A stretch of DNA of 64,000 nucleotides from a virus. The stretch covers positions 1 through 64,000 of IMG/VR virus record IMGVR_UViG_3300010413_000020, one strand, 5' to 3'. Numbering within the stretch: position 1 is the first letter of the stretch; each line of letters begins with the position of its first letter. Below are positions 42,270 to 51,433 of this stretch, one piece after another. Both the position numbers and the translations under genes were made by a program. The notes under the pieces are model-generated. The model was not told the DNA's origin. It was given only the letters and a program-made list of their open reading frames with translations, and ran no database searches.

Positions 42270-42640
42270 CCGTTAAAATAGAAATACATCAATCCCGTAC
42301 GGTGGTGGCAGGTCCTCTTTATCGAGTTTTTACTGAAGTAGTACATTCGATAGGAATTGACCGAAAGATTTTTGTTTTTAACAAAGATACTGAAGAATTT
42401 TCGCATGTGGCGACTACCTGGGATATGGAAAGTTTGCCAGGGTCTTTAGCCGAAGCGCAAGCAAGTAGTGAAATCGAATATTATCGGGACAACCACTGTA
42501 CCAAGGACTATGAAGATGCGACGGACGCTGCAGCTTTTGCCGTTTATACACGTGGGCGTGTGGAATATTTAGTTAATCAATATGCGGAAATGCAAACCGA
42601 CTTCATAGGTGAAGGCGACTATGAGTATGTGAGCGAGTAA
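42266..42640 (+). CDS. hypothetical protein
   Basis: 124 aa; ATGA coupling. Confidence 0.65.
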   Translation: MTVKIEIHQSRTVVAGPLYRVFTEVVHSIGIDRKIFVFNKDTEEFSHVATTWDMESLPGSLAEAQASSEIEYYRDNHCTKDYEDATDAAAFAVYTRGRVEYLVNQYAEMQTDFIGEGDYEYVSE

Positions 42641-43515
42641 TGGAATTCACCAATATTACACAACAGGGTTACGCATTGAATATTGGGGGTGGTGTAGTTA
42701 AATATCGCTTAGAGACAAGCGTGGATACTGCTGGCGAACTCCCGACAACTCATATTTTTGTATATAACTACACTGTCGAAGATACTCCCGCTTCAGATAC
42801 GTTTGAACGAGTGGCTAGTGTGGCGGATCTTACTGATTTAAAAACAGATAGAGATACGGCTATTGCTAATGGACAGACGGAATATCTCTCTAATTATGTT
42901 GAAGTCCAATACGATAGTTTGGATGTTGCACGACAAGCAAAAACAATGATTGCTTCACGTATCAATGAACTCATTCGTACCTGGATAACTTTTAGGGATG
43001 AGTTTGAAATTGATACTGATGAAATCCAATTCTTTCCGACTTCGACTACCACTGAAGAAGAAGCGCTTAAAGAGGCGTATAAAGAGGCGAAAGACGCACG
43101 CATCGCAAAAGAAGCTGAAGTTACGGCGAAAGAAGCAGAGATTGTCACTGCTGAATCAGAGGCTGAAGCTGCTACGAGTATTATTCAAATTTATGAGGAT
43201 GAAAAAGATTTTTGTGAAGATATACTCAACGGGCAGTTCAATGAGTATGTTAGCAAAATAAGTGTTGAAGGAACGACTGCGGGTTCATATCGTACAGGAA
43301 CACTTGTACCTTCGTTCAACTCTTTCTGTGCTGTCGCGAGTGCTAACTATACGACTTGGATCAACACAAAACAGGCACGAGACCAGAACGTAGCCACGCT
43401 TACAACCGAAAAAATAGCGTTATCCGCGGAGTTGGTTGCTGCACAGGAGGCCGAGGACGCAGCCCTGGCAGCCGTGCTAGCCGTCTGCCCGGACTTCGAC
43501 CCCGCCTCTGTGTGA
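42640..43515 (+). CDS. hypothetical acidic coiled-coil protein
   Basis: 291 aa; TAATG coupling. Confidence 0.65.
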   Translation: MEFTNITQQGYALNIGGGVVKYRLETSVDTAGELPTTHIFVYNYTVEDTPASDTFERVASVADLTDLKTDRDTAIANGQTEYLSNYVEVQYDSLDVARQAKTMIASRINELIRTWITFRDEFEIDTDEIQFFPTSTTTEEEALKEAYKEAKDARIAKEAEVTAKEAEIVTAESEAEAATSIIQIYEDEKDFCEDILNGQFNEYVSKISVEGTTAGSYRTGTLVPSFNSFCAVASANYTTWINTKQARDQNVATLTTEKIALSAELVAAQEAEDAALAAVLAVCPDFDPASV

Positions 43516-43516
43516 T

Positions 43517-44839
43517 TTAATAAGAACGCCTACTTAATCGATGATGTGTGTGAGAAACCCAGTGGAAGTCTTCCCAGTGGTGGTAAACATCTTCCAATGT
43601 TTTTGCTTCTGCGTTAAACCAAGCCGTACCTCTTCCATTACCCAACGAGAAGTTTAGCCGGAGTTCTTCTCGTGCGTAGTAAGTGATTCCTAGAGCGTAG
43701 TATTGAGTACTCCGCCACTTTCCTCGGTGAGTGGGACTGGTCCGATGTCCCGCAAGTTCAATAAGTACCGCTTTCAATTCAGGATTGACAGGAACTCCCT
43801 TATGGGAAGCCTCAATATCTTTTCCGTACTTTTCGATAAAGGTTTTGGCTTCCGCGAAATCAGCAAAGGTTTCTACTCCATTCCAGGGTTTGGTGTGTCG
43901 TACAATTCCGAATTTGAGTTCTTTGCTTTCTACTGCAAAAGTAGTCCAATACTTACAGGAGTTATAACGTTTGTTGAGCTCATAGGCATTGAGTAATAAG
44001 TAGTTCAATTCTGCATCGGTGAATGGAATATGAACTTTATTTAATATCTCAACTACAGCATCCCCCGAACTTATAGGATACGGGCCGGAACACCAACGTC
44101 TTGAATGTTTGTCTCGTTGTCTTAAACAGGTATCTGCTACAAAACATTGAGAGCATACTTCTTTCTCAAACTTGTTAAAACGTTTTCGTTCTTGAATGCC
44201 TTTCTGTATTTGCTGAGACTTGTAATCGATTACTGAAAAGTCATGGTCTTCTGGTAGCCTGAAAGTTTTTCCGAAGTCTTCAGCGAGCGTGAGTCGGGGG
44301 CTAATATAGGTGAATCCTGCAATACGTGAAACACGATTCTTAAGATTCTTGAACGCTTCTCCTATCGTTGCTTCTCCTTCAGTAAGAACTAATTTTTTGA
44401 TAGCACAATCCCTGGGGTTATCTCCTGATTCGAAACAACCCTTACATCCAATAATGGATTTTTGGGGGAGGGTACAACTATAATAGATATCATAAAGATT
44501 GTGTTCCTTGATACCTTCTTTAGGAGAATAAGCTAACACAACTTGTCCTTTCCGCGCTGATTCCAAATCGTGGGCCACACTAGACGCAATTTCACTAGCT
44601 ATTTTCCAACAAAACCCGCCGCTATCTGCGCCAAGCCAGGTATCTCGATAGATTAGGGCTCCTCCTTTCAAAAGATTTTGAAGTTCCGGGTCGTTCATGA
44701 TGAGATGCTGGGTTGCTGGTTCTTCAATTACCGGATCGTTGGAGAGAGAAGTAAATAACATAACGAGAGGGCTGTCTTCATCGACATTGTAGGTATCGGA
44801 AGTTGCGATTGTGAATACCTTATCCGGCGTTTCAGGCAT
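43517..44839 (-). CDS. unknown Cys-rich protein immediately downstream of the RT
   Basis: ATG 44839 (GGGGAGGAG RBS) overlaps the RT stop; CKGC..C and CSQC....C clusters. Confidence 0.75.
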   Translation of the reverse strand: MPETPDKVFTIATSDTYNVDEDSPLVMLFTSLSNDPVIEEPATQHLIMNDPELQNLLKGGALIYRDTWLGADSGGFCWKIASEIASSVAHDLESARKGQVVLAYSPKEGIKEHNLYDIYYSCTLPQKSIIGCKGCFESGDNPRDCAIKKLVLTEGEATIGEAFKNLKNRVSRIAGFTYISPRLTLAEDFGKTFRLPEDHDFSVIDYKSQQIQKGIQERKRFNKFEKEVCSQCFVADTCLRQRDKHSRRWCSGPYPISSGDAVVEILNKVHIPFTDAELNYLLLNAYELNKRYNSCKYWTTFAVESKELKFGIVRHTKPWNGVETFADFAEAKTFIEKYGKDIEASHKGVPVNPELKAVLIELAGHRTSPTHRGKWRSTQYYALGITYYAREELRLNFSLGNGRGTAWFNAEAKTLEDVYHHWEDFHWVSHTHHRLSRRSY

Positions 44840-46004
44840 GACTCCTCCCCTCATATTGTTCTTTAGCTGCGGTAAACTCCGCTAGTAGTTGTGTTCCTTT
44901 CTGGGGATTTATCTGTCCCATGTAATTTATTTTTCCTCGAAGCCATGTGAGGAGTGCTCCGCCATTTTTCTGTCCCGCTTTAGCTGCTTGTGAATCAAAC
45001 CCGTGGACTAGGCAATTGTGGGTGATCGCTCTTACTTTCCTATATTCCATTGCTGGGATATTCGGCCTTTGGTTGAAAACTGTTCCAAGAAGGAATCTAC
45101 CGTAATAGCCGTGGGCAATCTTAGTTTTACCGGGATTGATACGGTAGCCTGTATTATGTACGATAGATTTGATGTCCTCGATGAACTGAAGAGTTTCGTC
45201 TTTACTGAAAGTACGTCCACACGTGAATGATAGGTCATCACAATAACGGGTATACACCCACTTCTTTGTTCCCTCGAGCTTGTCCTTTTCGTTTCGCTTA
45301 TTCAGGTAAGAAATTATCTTCCCATCGAATAAATCGTTTGCTACGAGATTGCATATTGCACCAGAAGCAGGTGAACCCTGGGGAACTCCGCTCAAGAATT
45401 TAGGTACCCAAGCATCCGGAGATAACTTACTTTTGTGGCGATATTGCGGATTGGGAAAATCTGTAACCGTGAGTAGGTTCGCCAGCAGGCTTGCGACTTC
45501 ATGATTATATCCTATCTTCTTGAAGTAGTTACGTATCATGGCGCGACTGGTGGATGGAAAGAAATCCTTGAGGTCCATGTGCACATATAATCCCTTACGC
45601 GGACAGTCATGCGCTTTTGGGGTTTTGGTTCCGGCATCTTCGCAAATTTTACAAGGAGGAATGTGCTGAAGGACGGCGTGTCTACAGGAAAGACCCTTTC
45701 GATAGGCCGTTACGTGAGCCCCTAATTGGTCTTGTAAAGGAACCAAATATCGGATGTGAAGTTGATGGAGCAATAATTTCATCATGTCATTTGGAGAATG
45801 TAAAATGCGATGTCCTTTCTTCTTTTTAGGTATCTTGAAGATTTCGTACATATCCTTCTTGTTCTCCAACATGTACCACATTACCTTATTGCGAAATCCC
45901 AGACTGAAAGCCAACGAACAATCGTCAAACGCATAGGGCACTTCATCCGGAAGATCAGGAAGCTCAATTACAGCAATTTGTGTTTTATTAAATCCCACAC
46001 TCAT
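44832..46004 (-). CDS. retron-type reverse transcriptase
   Basis: F.IPKK..G.R.L..P, AY..G.S...A..H (region X-like), DLKDFFPS, PQGSPASG.ICN, YTRYCDDLSF, INPGKT, LLGTVFN (region Y-like). Confidence 0.9.
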   Translation of the reverse strand: MSVGFNKTQIAVIELPDLPDEVPYAFDDCSLAFSLGFRNKVMWYMLENKKDMYEIFKIPKKKKGHRILHSPNDMMKLLLHQLHIRYLVPLQDQLGAHVTAYRKGLSCRHAVLQHIPPCKICEDAGTKTPKAHDCPRKGLYVHMDLKDFFPSTSRAMIRNYFKKIGYNHEVASLLANLLTVTDFPNPQYRHKSKLSPDAWVPKFLSGVPQGSPASGAICNLVANDLFDGKIISYLNKRNEKDKLEGTKKWVYTRYCDDLSFTCGRTFSKDETLQFIEDIKSIVHNTGYRINPGKTKIAHGYYGRFLLGTVFNQRPNIPAMEYRKVRAITHNCLVHGFDSQAAKAGQKNGGALLTWLRGKINYMGQINPQKGTQLLAEFTAAKEQYEGRSHA

Positions 46005-46654
46005 GCCTCACCTCCTGCTTCTTCTACTGAACGCTTAGAGTTGTTGTAAAACTCGTTGTCCAATGCCAGTTCAGATTCTGCCTTTGATTTGCAAGTGAAG
46101 GTACCTGGCGTACACTGATTTGAATGATATCCCGGTAGATTTTTGCAAACAGCGCAGAGTACTGGAATAGTCCTGGTCGGAGTATGAAACGCAATTTGCG
46201 GCATCATAACTTTTTCGTTATGCCCTCTTTGAATTGCCCGTGACATAAGATATCCGACTGAAGAGGCGTATGGGTTTTTGAATTTCTTAGCATCTCCATA
46301 CACCGTTCGTACATGAGTAGGCACAACCATTATCCAACCTCTGTGGTTTCGTATGAGTTTCTGGAAGTTGTCTTGGGATGTTCCGGGTGTTCCCTCTCTT
46401 CGCAAATCGTTGCGTTCCACAGATATTTCGCAGAGGTTATCTACGTGTAAGCTATTAAGTGCTTGAAGCAAATCTTTGTCTAACGGCATTGAGAGATAAT
46501 AACGAAATGTCTTTCGAAAAACAGGTGCAAGTTTTTCACGTGCTAGGTACACGCGGTCATATGGAAAGTAATCATAGATAGGGGTCTTTTGGGAATGACG
46601 TAGTTTATGTTGTGCGATTTTCACACAAATAATCTTCTCTCGTCGTTGTGTCAT
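46001..46654 (-). CDS. unknown protein upstream of the RT, C-terminal Cys/His cluster
   Basis: CAVC...H..C.....C; ATGA overlap with the RT start. Confidence 0.7.
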   Translation of the reverse strand: MTQRREKIICVKIAQHKLRHSQKTPIYDYFPYDRVYLAREKLAPVFRKTFRYYLSMPLDKDLLQALNSLHVDNLCEISVERNDLRREGTPGTSQDNFQKLIRNHRGWIMVVPTHVRTVYGDAKKFKNPYASSVGYLMSRAIQRGHNEKVMMPQIAFHTPTRTIPVLCAVCKNLPGYHSNQCTPGTFTCKSKAESELALDNEFYNNSKRSVEEAGGEA

Positions 46655-46670
46655 TTGCTTCTCTCCCTGT

Positions 46671-48341
46671 TTAATCTTTGATCTTTAAAACCCTTGGTTG
46701 CATGTATTCGTTTTCAGTTCCAGTAGATGTGAGTACCCAGATAAGCGGGCATGGAGGTAAATATTCAGGAATGGGTCCGTGTGGCGGGCCAACCGGAGCT
46801 TCCCCGTCCGTTAAGAGAATCGCTAAATCTGGGGGGTCCGTCATAGGATTTTCTTCTCGGTCAGCGTTGGGCATCCAGTCCCCTTCTTCGTCTCTTCCAC
46901 ACATGTATTTGAGGGGTGGCGTAAAGCTTGTGCCACCATAGCCGTAACGATTGATTAATTGATATCTGTCTCTGGCGAATTTTTCAGTATCATCGGGACC
47001 CAGAAGTTTCTCATACTGAATGGCATGGTCGAACATGATGAGACGTATTGTTACTTCGTCTTCCTGGTTCATAATGCCTCGAATTTCGGCCATGAAATCC
47101 AGAAATTCGGATTGACTGACACTGCCGGATGTATCGACCATACACGCGATGTTGAATGCAAAGTTCTTTTGGAATCCGGGATAGGGTTCCATACCTTCGT
47201 CTTCCAGATGGAAGAAACAGGGATTGGGATACGCGGTGCTTTCATCCAATTTGGAAGAAACTTCTGATCGCATCATGTTTTGTAGAACAATCTGCCAGGG
47301 AATTGTAGGCTCCTCGAGTAAATCTTGGATAGCTTCCATGAATTTTCCTGGAACTTTTCCACAACTTTTCTTGGTTTGTTCTACTGCGTTTTTGGTTATC
47401 CTTTTGGCTTCTCTCTTTGCACTATCAATTGCTCGTTCAATCTCGGCGCTGGTCATCTCATCAAAATCTAAATTCCAGGGGACGTTTTGAGGGTTCTGGC
47501 CGCGTACTAGATCTTTAAACCACTCTGGGTAATTATCGTCCAGGCCGTCTGCGGGGGATAATTCTTCTGAATTAGCTCCACCACCTCCTTTGTTGTTATC
47601 CCCTTCTTTGTCACCCTGACCAGATCGATTATTATCCTCTGTATTCTGGGTGGAAGATTTTGAAGAACCATCAGGGGAATCTCCTCTTCCACCTTTGGAA
47701 TTTCCCGATTGGCGGGAGGACCCACCTTGTTGATTGGATTGATTGGCATTACACCCTCCTATCATTGGTATGATTTGTAGATTTGGATTAAATCCGTCTT
47801 TTTGCATATTTTTCATTAATTCATTAAAATAGAACTCGAAGGATTGCCCTGTTGGATAGTTGTATTTCGCTTCTTCCGGCCAAATAAATCTATCTCGATA
47901 CTTCGCAAAATTGGTACGTGGAGTTTCCAGGATAGGACGAACAGCAATGTCGTTTGCTGCCATATCCGCTGCTACATTCATTATGGGTTGTAAACGGGCA
48001 TAACGAATATTATCGTTGAGTTTCAGACGGATGCGCAACATTTTTTCCAGGTGTTGAAGAGCCAAATGCGCGGCTTCATGAACCACTACGAGTAATTGAA
48101 ACGGTCCTTCTTGTTGTACAAACCAGACAGGATGCCAAACCAACATGTACCTGCCGTGATTATCGAGAGTTACTGCTGCCGTAGGTGGCCAAAGGTCTTT
48201 ACGGGGGGCGCGACCACAACCATTAATCATGCGGGCATAGAAGTTACTGCCTCCTCGGGGACTACAGAGCCACTGTAGAGCTCGAGACATTGCTCGGTCT
48301 ATCTCTTCTTCAGAAAACTCTTGTTGTTTTATCTCTTCCAT
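46671..48341 (-). CDS. DUF2201-like metallopeptidase plus vWA-domain protein
   Basis: HEAAH, N.AAD.A.N, MIDAS DTSGS...GGT.F...LTDG. Confidence 0.85.
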   Translation of the reverse strand: MEEIKQQEFSEEEIDRAMSRALQWLCSPRGGSNFYARMINGCGRAPRKDLWPPTAAVTLDNHGRYMLVWHPVWFVQQEGPFQLLVVVHEAAHLALQHLEKMLRIRLKLNDNIRYARLQPIMNVAADMAANDIAVRPILETPRTNFAKYRDRFIWPEEAKYNYPTGQSFEFYFNELMKNMQKDGFNPNLQIIPMIGGCNANQSNQQGGSSRQSGNSKGGRGDSPDGSSKSSTQNTEDNNRSGQGDKEGDNNKGGGGANSEELSPADGLDDNYPEWFKDLVRGQNPQNVPWNLDFDEMTSAEIERAIDSAKREAKRITKNAVEQTKKSCGKVPGKFMEAIQDLLEEPTIPWQIVLQNMMRSEVSSKLDESTAYPNPCFFHLEDEGMEPYPGFQKNFAFNIACMVDTSGSVSQSEFLDFMAEIRGIMNQEDEVTIRLIMFDHAIQYEKLLGPDDTEKFARDRYQLINRYGYGGTSFTPPLKYMCGRDEEGDWMPNADREENPMTDPPDLAILLTDGEAPVGPPHGPIPEYLPPCPLIWVLTSTGTENEYMQPRVLKIKD

Positions 48342-48415
48342 TTATCTTCTCCTCTGTCTATAATTCAATAGGCGTGAGACGAACGCCATAGATACAGGAA
48401 CGTTGAGGTGTTTAT

Positions 48416-49429
48416 ATGACCCAGGTAATTGACCAGACAAATGACCCAGGTTTTTCTACTTTGAGGGTGATCGTGGACCGTTTTCCTCGATTGAGAGAAA
48501 TGGCTAAAACTGCTAACCTCGATCCCTCTGAATTTTCAAATTTACCCGACGAAGCATTTGCATGGCCGGGACAGCGGCGGTTTCCTATACATAATGCGGA
48601 GCATACCGCACTGTCTATGGGTTACAGTAAAGTTGCTCAGAAATTACCATCGGATGTGGCAGAAACGATGGAGAAAGCCGCGTCTCTGCATGGGGTGGAT
48701 ACTGAGGCATTCGAGGAACCGGTTGCAATCGAAAAAGTAGCATCCGACGATGGGCATTATCTCATCCCTGACAAGCGTAGATTTAAGATAGCATCTAAGG
48801 AAGATGTGCCTGTTGCGGAACGGATAATTCATGAAAAATACTCATCCCTCTCGGTCGGAGATAGAACTATTGCTTGTATGCAATTAGTTAAGGTCGCGGA
48901 GGAATACGGGGAGGAGTTACATCCTTCTACCATTAAACTCGCGGGTTTAACAATTACGAGTACTCGTACTATGCGAGATTGGATAGAGGCACGTAAAGAA
49001 GCTTCTCTAAGACTTGGATCTGCGATGGCTCAAGCATTTGAAACGTTAGCTAATCAATTTCAGGATGTAGAACCTTTTATTCATAATCGTGGCGACCAAA
49101 TGAAACTGGCTAGTGCTTTACAGCGCATGGACGAGGCTGCGGGGTTAACTCAATTTTATGGCCGTAAGTTGTTAGACCCTATAGAAACAGTCTTTAACAC
49201 TCCTCATCGTTCCGATAATTTTGTTAAAGTGGGTTCCGCACTTCAGAATAAGGCACTCTTAGCTTCTCTCCCTCTCTCGTTTTGGGAAGACGCGTTAGGA
49301 CCAGAAATTGCTGCCGAGATAGCCCCTAACGGTCAGGTGGATATAACTATGTTGGAGCAGATTCTTCCCACGCTGCCCGCCGATTTAAAATCGGCCTTGG
49401 AAACCCAACTCGCTGCGTATAATCGGTAG
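48416..49429 (+). CDS. hypothetical protein (probably virion/head) with duplicated RRF.I module
   Basis: FAWPGQRRFPIH and YLIPDKRRFKIA; many K-x-A motifs. Confidence 0.7.
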   Translation: MTQVIDQTNDPGFSTLRVIVDRFPRLREMAKTANLDPSEFSNLPDEAFAWPGQRRFPIHNAEHTALSMGYSKVAQKLPSDVAETMEKAASLHGVDTEAFEEPVAIEKVASDDGHYLIPDKRRFKIASKEDVPVAERIIHEKYSSLSVGDRTIACMQLVKVAEEYGEELHPSTIKLAGLTITSTRTMRDWIEARKEASLRLGSAMAQAFETLANQFQDVEPFIHNRGDQMKLASALQRMDEAAGLTQFYGRKLLDPIETVFNTPHRSDNFVKVGSALQNKALLASLPLSFWEDALGPEIAAEIAPNGQVDITMLEQILPTLPADLKSALETQLAAYNR

Positions 49430-49432
49430 TTT

Positions 49433-50197
49433 ATGGAACAACTTCTGGAAAAATTTGCGGAGCATGTTTCCCATCTTACAAATTACACTGTAAAGACCGC
49501 CCAGAGAGCAGACATAGCACGAAAGTACTTACGCGAAGGGGATGAACGCTCGGCTGCGGCTTTGTTGATGGCCCTGCGTACTCTTCATGGAATTGAGTCA
49601 TTCTATTGGGAACCTGAGACTATTTGGTTGACCCTCGAACGGGATGATCATTTAGACATGGAAGAATTGGGACGTAATAAATTACAAGCGGCTATTACCC
49701 TTATTGTTAATCCTGCATTTTTTTGGGACAATCTCGTATTCCAACGAACGGTTCAGGCACTTAATGGAGAACCCTTTGACCCAGAAGCACTTCAGGAATG
49801 CCATCCAGGATATATGTCTTGGGCAGTTTACGAATCAGGATTGATTCGAGGATTAGACCCTGAGGAACCTGTATCTGCTGAACTGGATGAAGATGTTCAA
49901 CAATACGTAGCAGTCTGTTTGAAGCGTGCAGGTTATGTATATCCTCCTAATCAATTAATCGCTGTTGCTGACAATTTAGAAAAGATTCTTCCTAGAGAGA
50001 CCAAGCCATTTATCGACCAAGTAAAAAAATCATGGGAGCACCTGGACAAGGGAGCCCTCTCGGAACGTACATTCCAAGAGGACCCCCTCGATGTCCAGTT
50101 AGCGCAACTTGCTTCCTGTTACGAATATGTGCGAGAACGCGCCAATGAAATGGCGAGTGAGATTCTTTCGTTAGACCGAGAACTCCTCAACTCCTGA
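49433..50197 (+). CDS. hypothetical protein
   Basis: 254-aa ORF. Confidence 0.7.
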   Translation: MEQLLEKFAEHVSHLTNYTVKTAQRADIARKYLREGDERSAAALLMALRTLHGIESFYWEPETIWLTLERDDHLDMEELGRNKLQAAITLIVNPAFFWDNLVFQRTVQALNGEPFDPEALQECHPGYMSWAVYESGLIRGLDPEEPVSAELDEDVQQYVAVCLKRAGYVYPPNQLIAVADNLEKILPRETKPFIDQVKKSWEHLDKGALSERTFQEDPLDVQLAQLASCYEYVRERANEMASEILSLDRELLNS

Positions 50198-51407
50198 TTT
50201 TTTCTTCCATTCCGCGATAGTTGTTGTCTATTTCTAACTGAAGATTACACCAACTATCATAGTCTTGGAGTTCTCGCATCAGCGAATTGAGATATTCTTC
50301 CGATTTATTTTCCTCGGCAATAGACCGCATTTGAAAGAGCATTGCTCCGGCCATCTCCAGTGGGTGCAATTCTATGAACTTAAGAAAGTTCTTGGCGGTG
50401 TCTTCTACGTCTGGAGTTGTCGCAAACATCAAACGCAAAACGTTTTGGTCCAAATCAGCCAGGGGTTCATGCATGGCATTATCGACCATTTTCTGTATGG
50501 CGTTTTTGACTTTACTGAATCTACGTAAAACGTCATCCGCACCAATTGTTAAAGAAGAATCTTTAAGATGTGCGGATAATTCCGAGGCCATGGTTACCCC
50601 TATGGATGCGGCGAATCGTTGCATAGCAAATTCGCTATTTAACGGAATACCCTTTGCTTCCATGTTGTAGGAATCTTCGCTGATGGTTTCGATGTTAGCA
50701 GGACAGTTATATTGTTTCTGTTCTTTCAGAGCCTTCCAGTCGTATATGTTGTTTGGTTTAGCTCTAAAGTAATCCAGAATACCAGGATGACAGGCTTTAT
50801 CTTTTGCTGCGCCTTGTCCGAAGAGATGGAATCGTTCAGTAGCAGCGTGTTTCATGAATCCTTTTAAATCCGGCAATACATAAAAGAATTTAACGCGACG
50901 GCGTATCGCCGCTTCATTTTCAATCGAAGTTACATTATATTCCGCGGTTGAGGGATTCATCGTTCCTGCAACAAGACATTGTTTGGGCACCACATAGTTA
51001 AACATGCGCCCGTCTTCCATCATGGTAAAGAATTGATTAATGGCATGTTTGAGCCCGCGGTTGAGCTCATCAAAGAGAATGATTTTCTTTTCATCTCCTT
51101 TAGGAAAGATTTCAGGAACGGCAACTTTGAAAAAGTCTTCAAGGGTACGCACTGGTATGCCGGAACCCATTAGGCCCCAGTGAGCAGTATGAATAGGAAC
51201 GACGGTGTATCCTGTGTCATGCGCTATCTGTGACCAAATCTGTGTTTTGCCTATTCCCGAATCCCCTACCAGGACAATACAGCCCCGTCGTTGGTGAAAT
51301 TCTAAGGACAAGCGAATTTGAGCCGCAGCTTCCGCAAGTGTGACCTGGGGAATGTCGCGCAATTCAGCATACTTAGGAACAACTTTTTCTTCTTCTTTAC
51401 TTGCCAT
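50187..51407 (-). CDS. MoxR-like AAA+ ATPase
   Basis: GDSGIGKT, LFDELNR, GTMNP, AIRRR; typical partner of DUF2201/vWA proteins. Confidence 0.85.
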   Translation of the reverse strand: MASKEEEKVVPKYAELRDIPQVTLAEAAAQIRLSLEFHQRRGCIVLVGDSGIGKTQIWSQIAHDTGYTVVPIHTAHWGLMGSGIPVRTLEDFFKVAVPEIFPKGDEKKIILFDELNRGLKHAINQFFTMMEDGRMFNYVVPKQCLVAGTMNPSTAEYNVTSIENEAAIRRRVKFFYVLPDLKGFMKHAATERFHLFGQGAAKDKACHPGILDYFRAKPNNIYDWKALKEQKQYNCPANIETISEDSYNMEAKGIPLNSEFAMQRFAASIGVTMASELSAHLKDSSLTIGADDVLRRFSKVKNAIQKMVDNAMHEPLADLDQNVLRLMFATTPDVEDTAKNFLKFIELHPLEMAGAMLFQMRSIAEENKSEEYLNSLMRELQDYDSWCNLQLEIDNNYRGMEEKIRS

Positions 51408-51433
51408 GCTTCTCTCCTTGCTTTAACTTTTAT

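Noticed and set aside
44832-46004. DGR or group II intron RT
   Set aside because: No maturase or endonuclease domain, no intron flanks, and no adenine-variant TR/VR pair seen; motifs fit the retron type.
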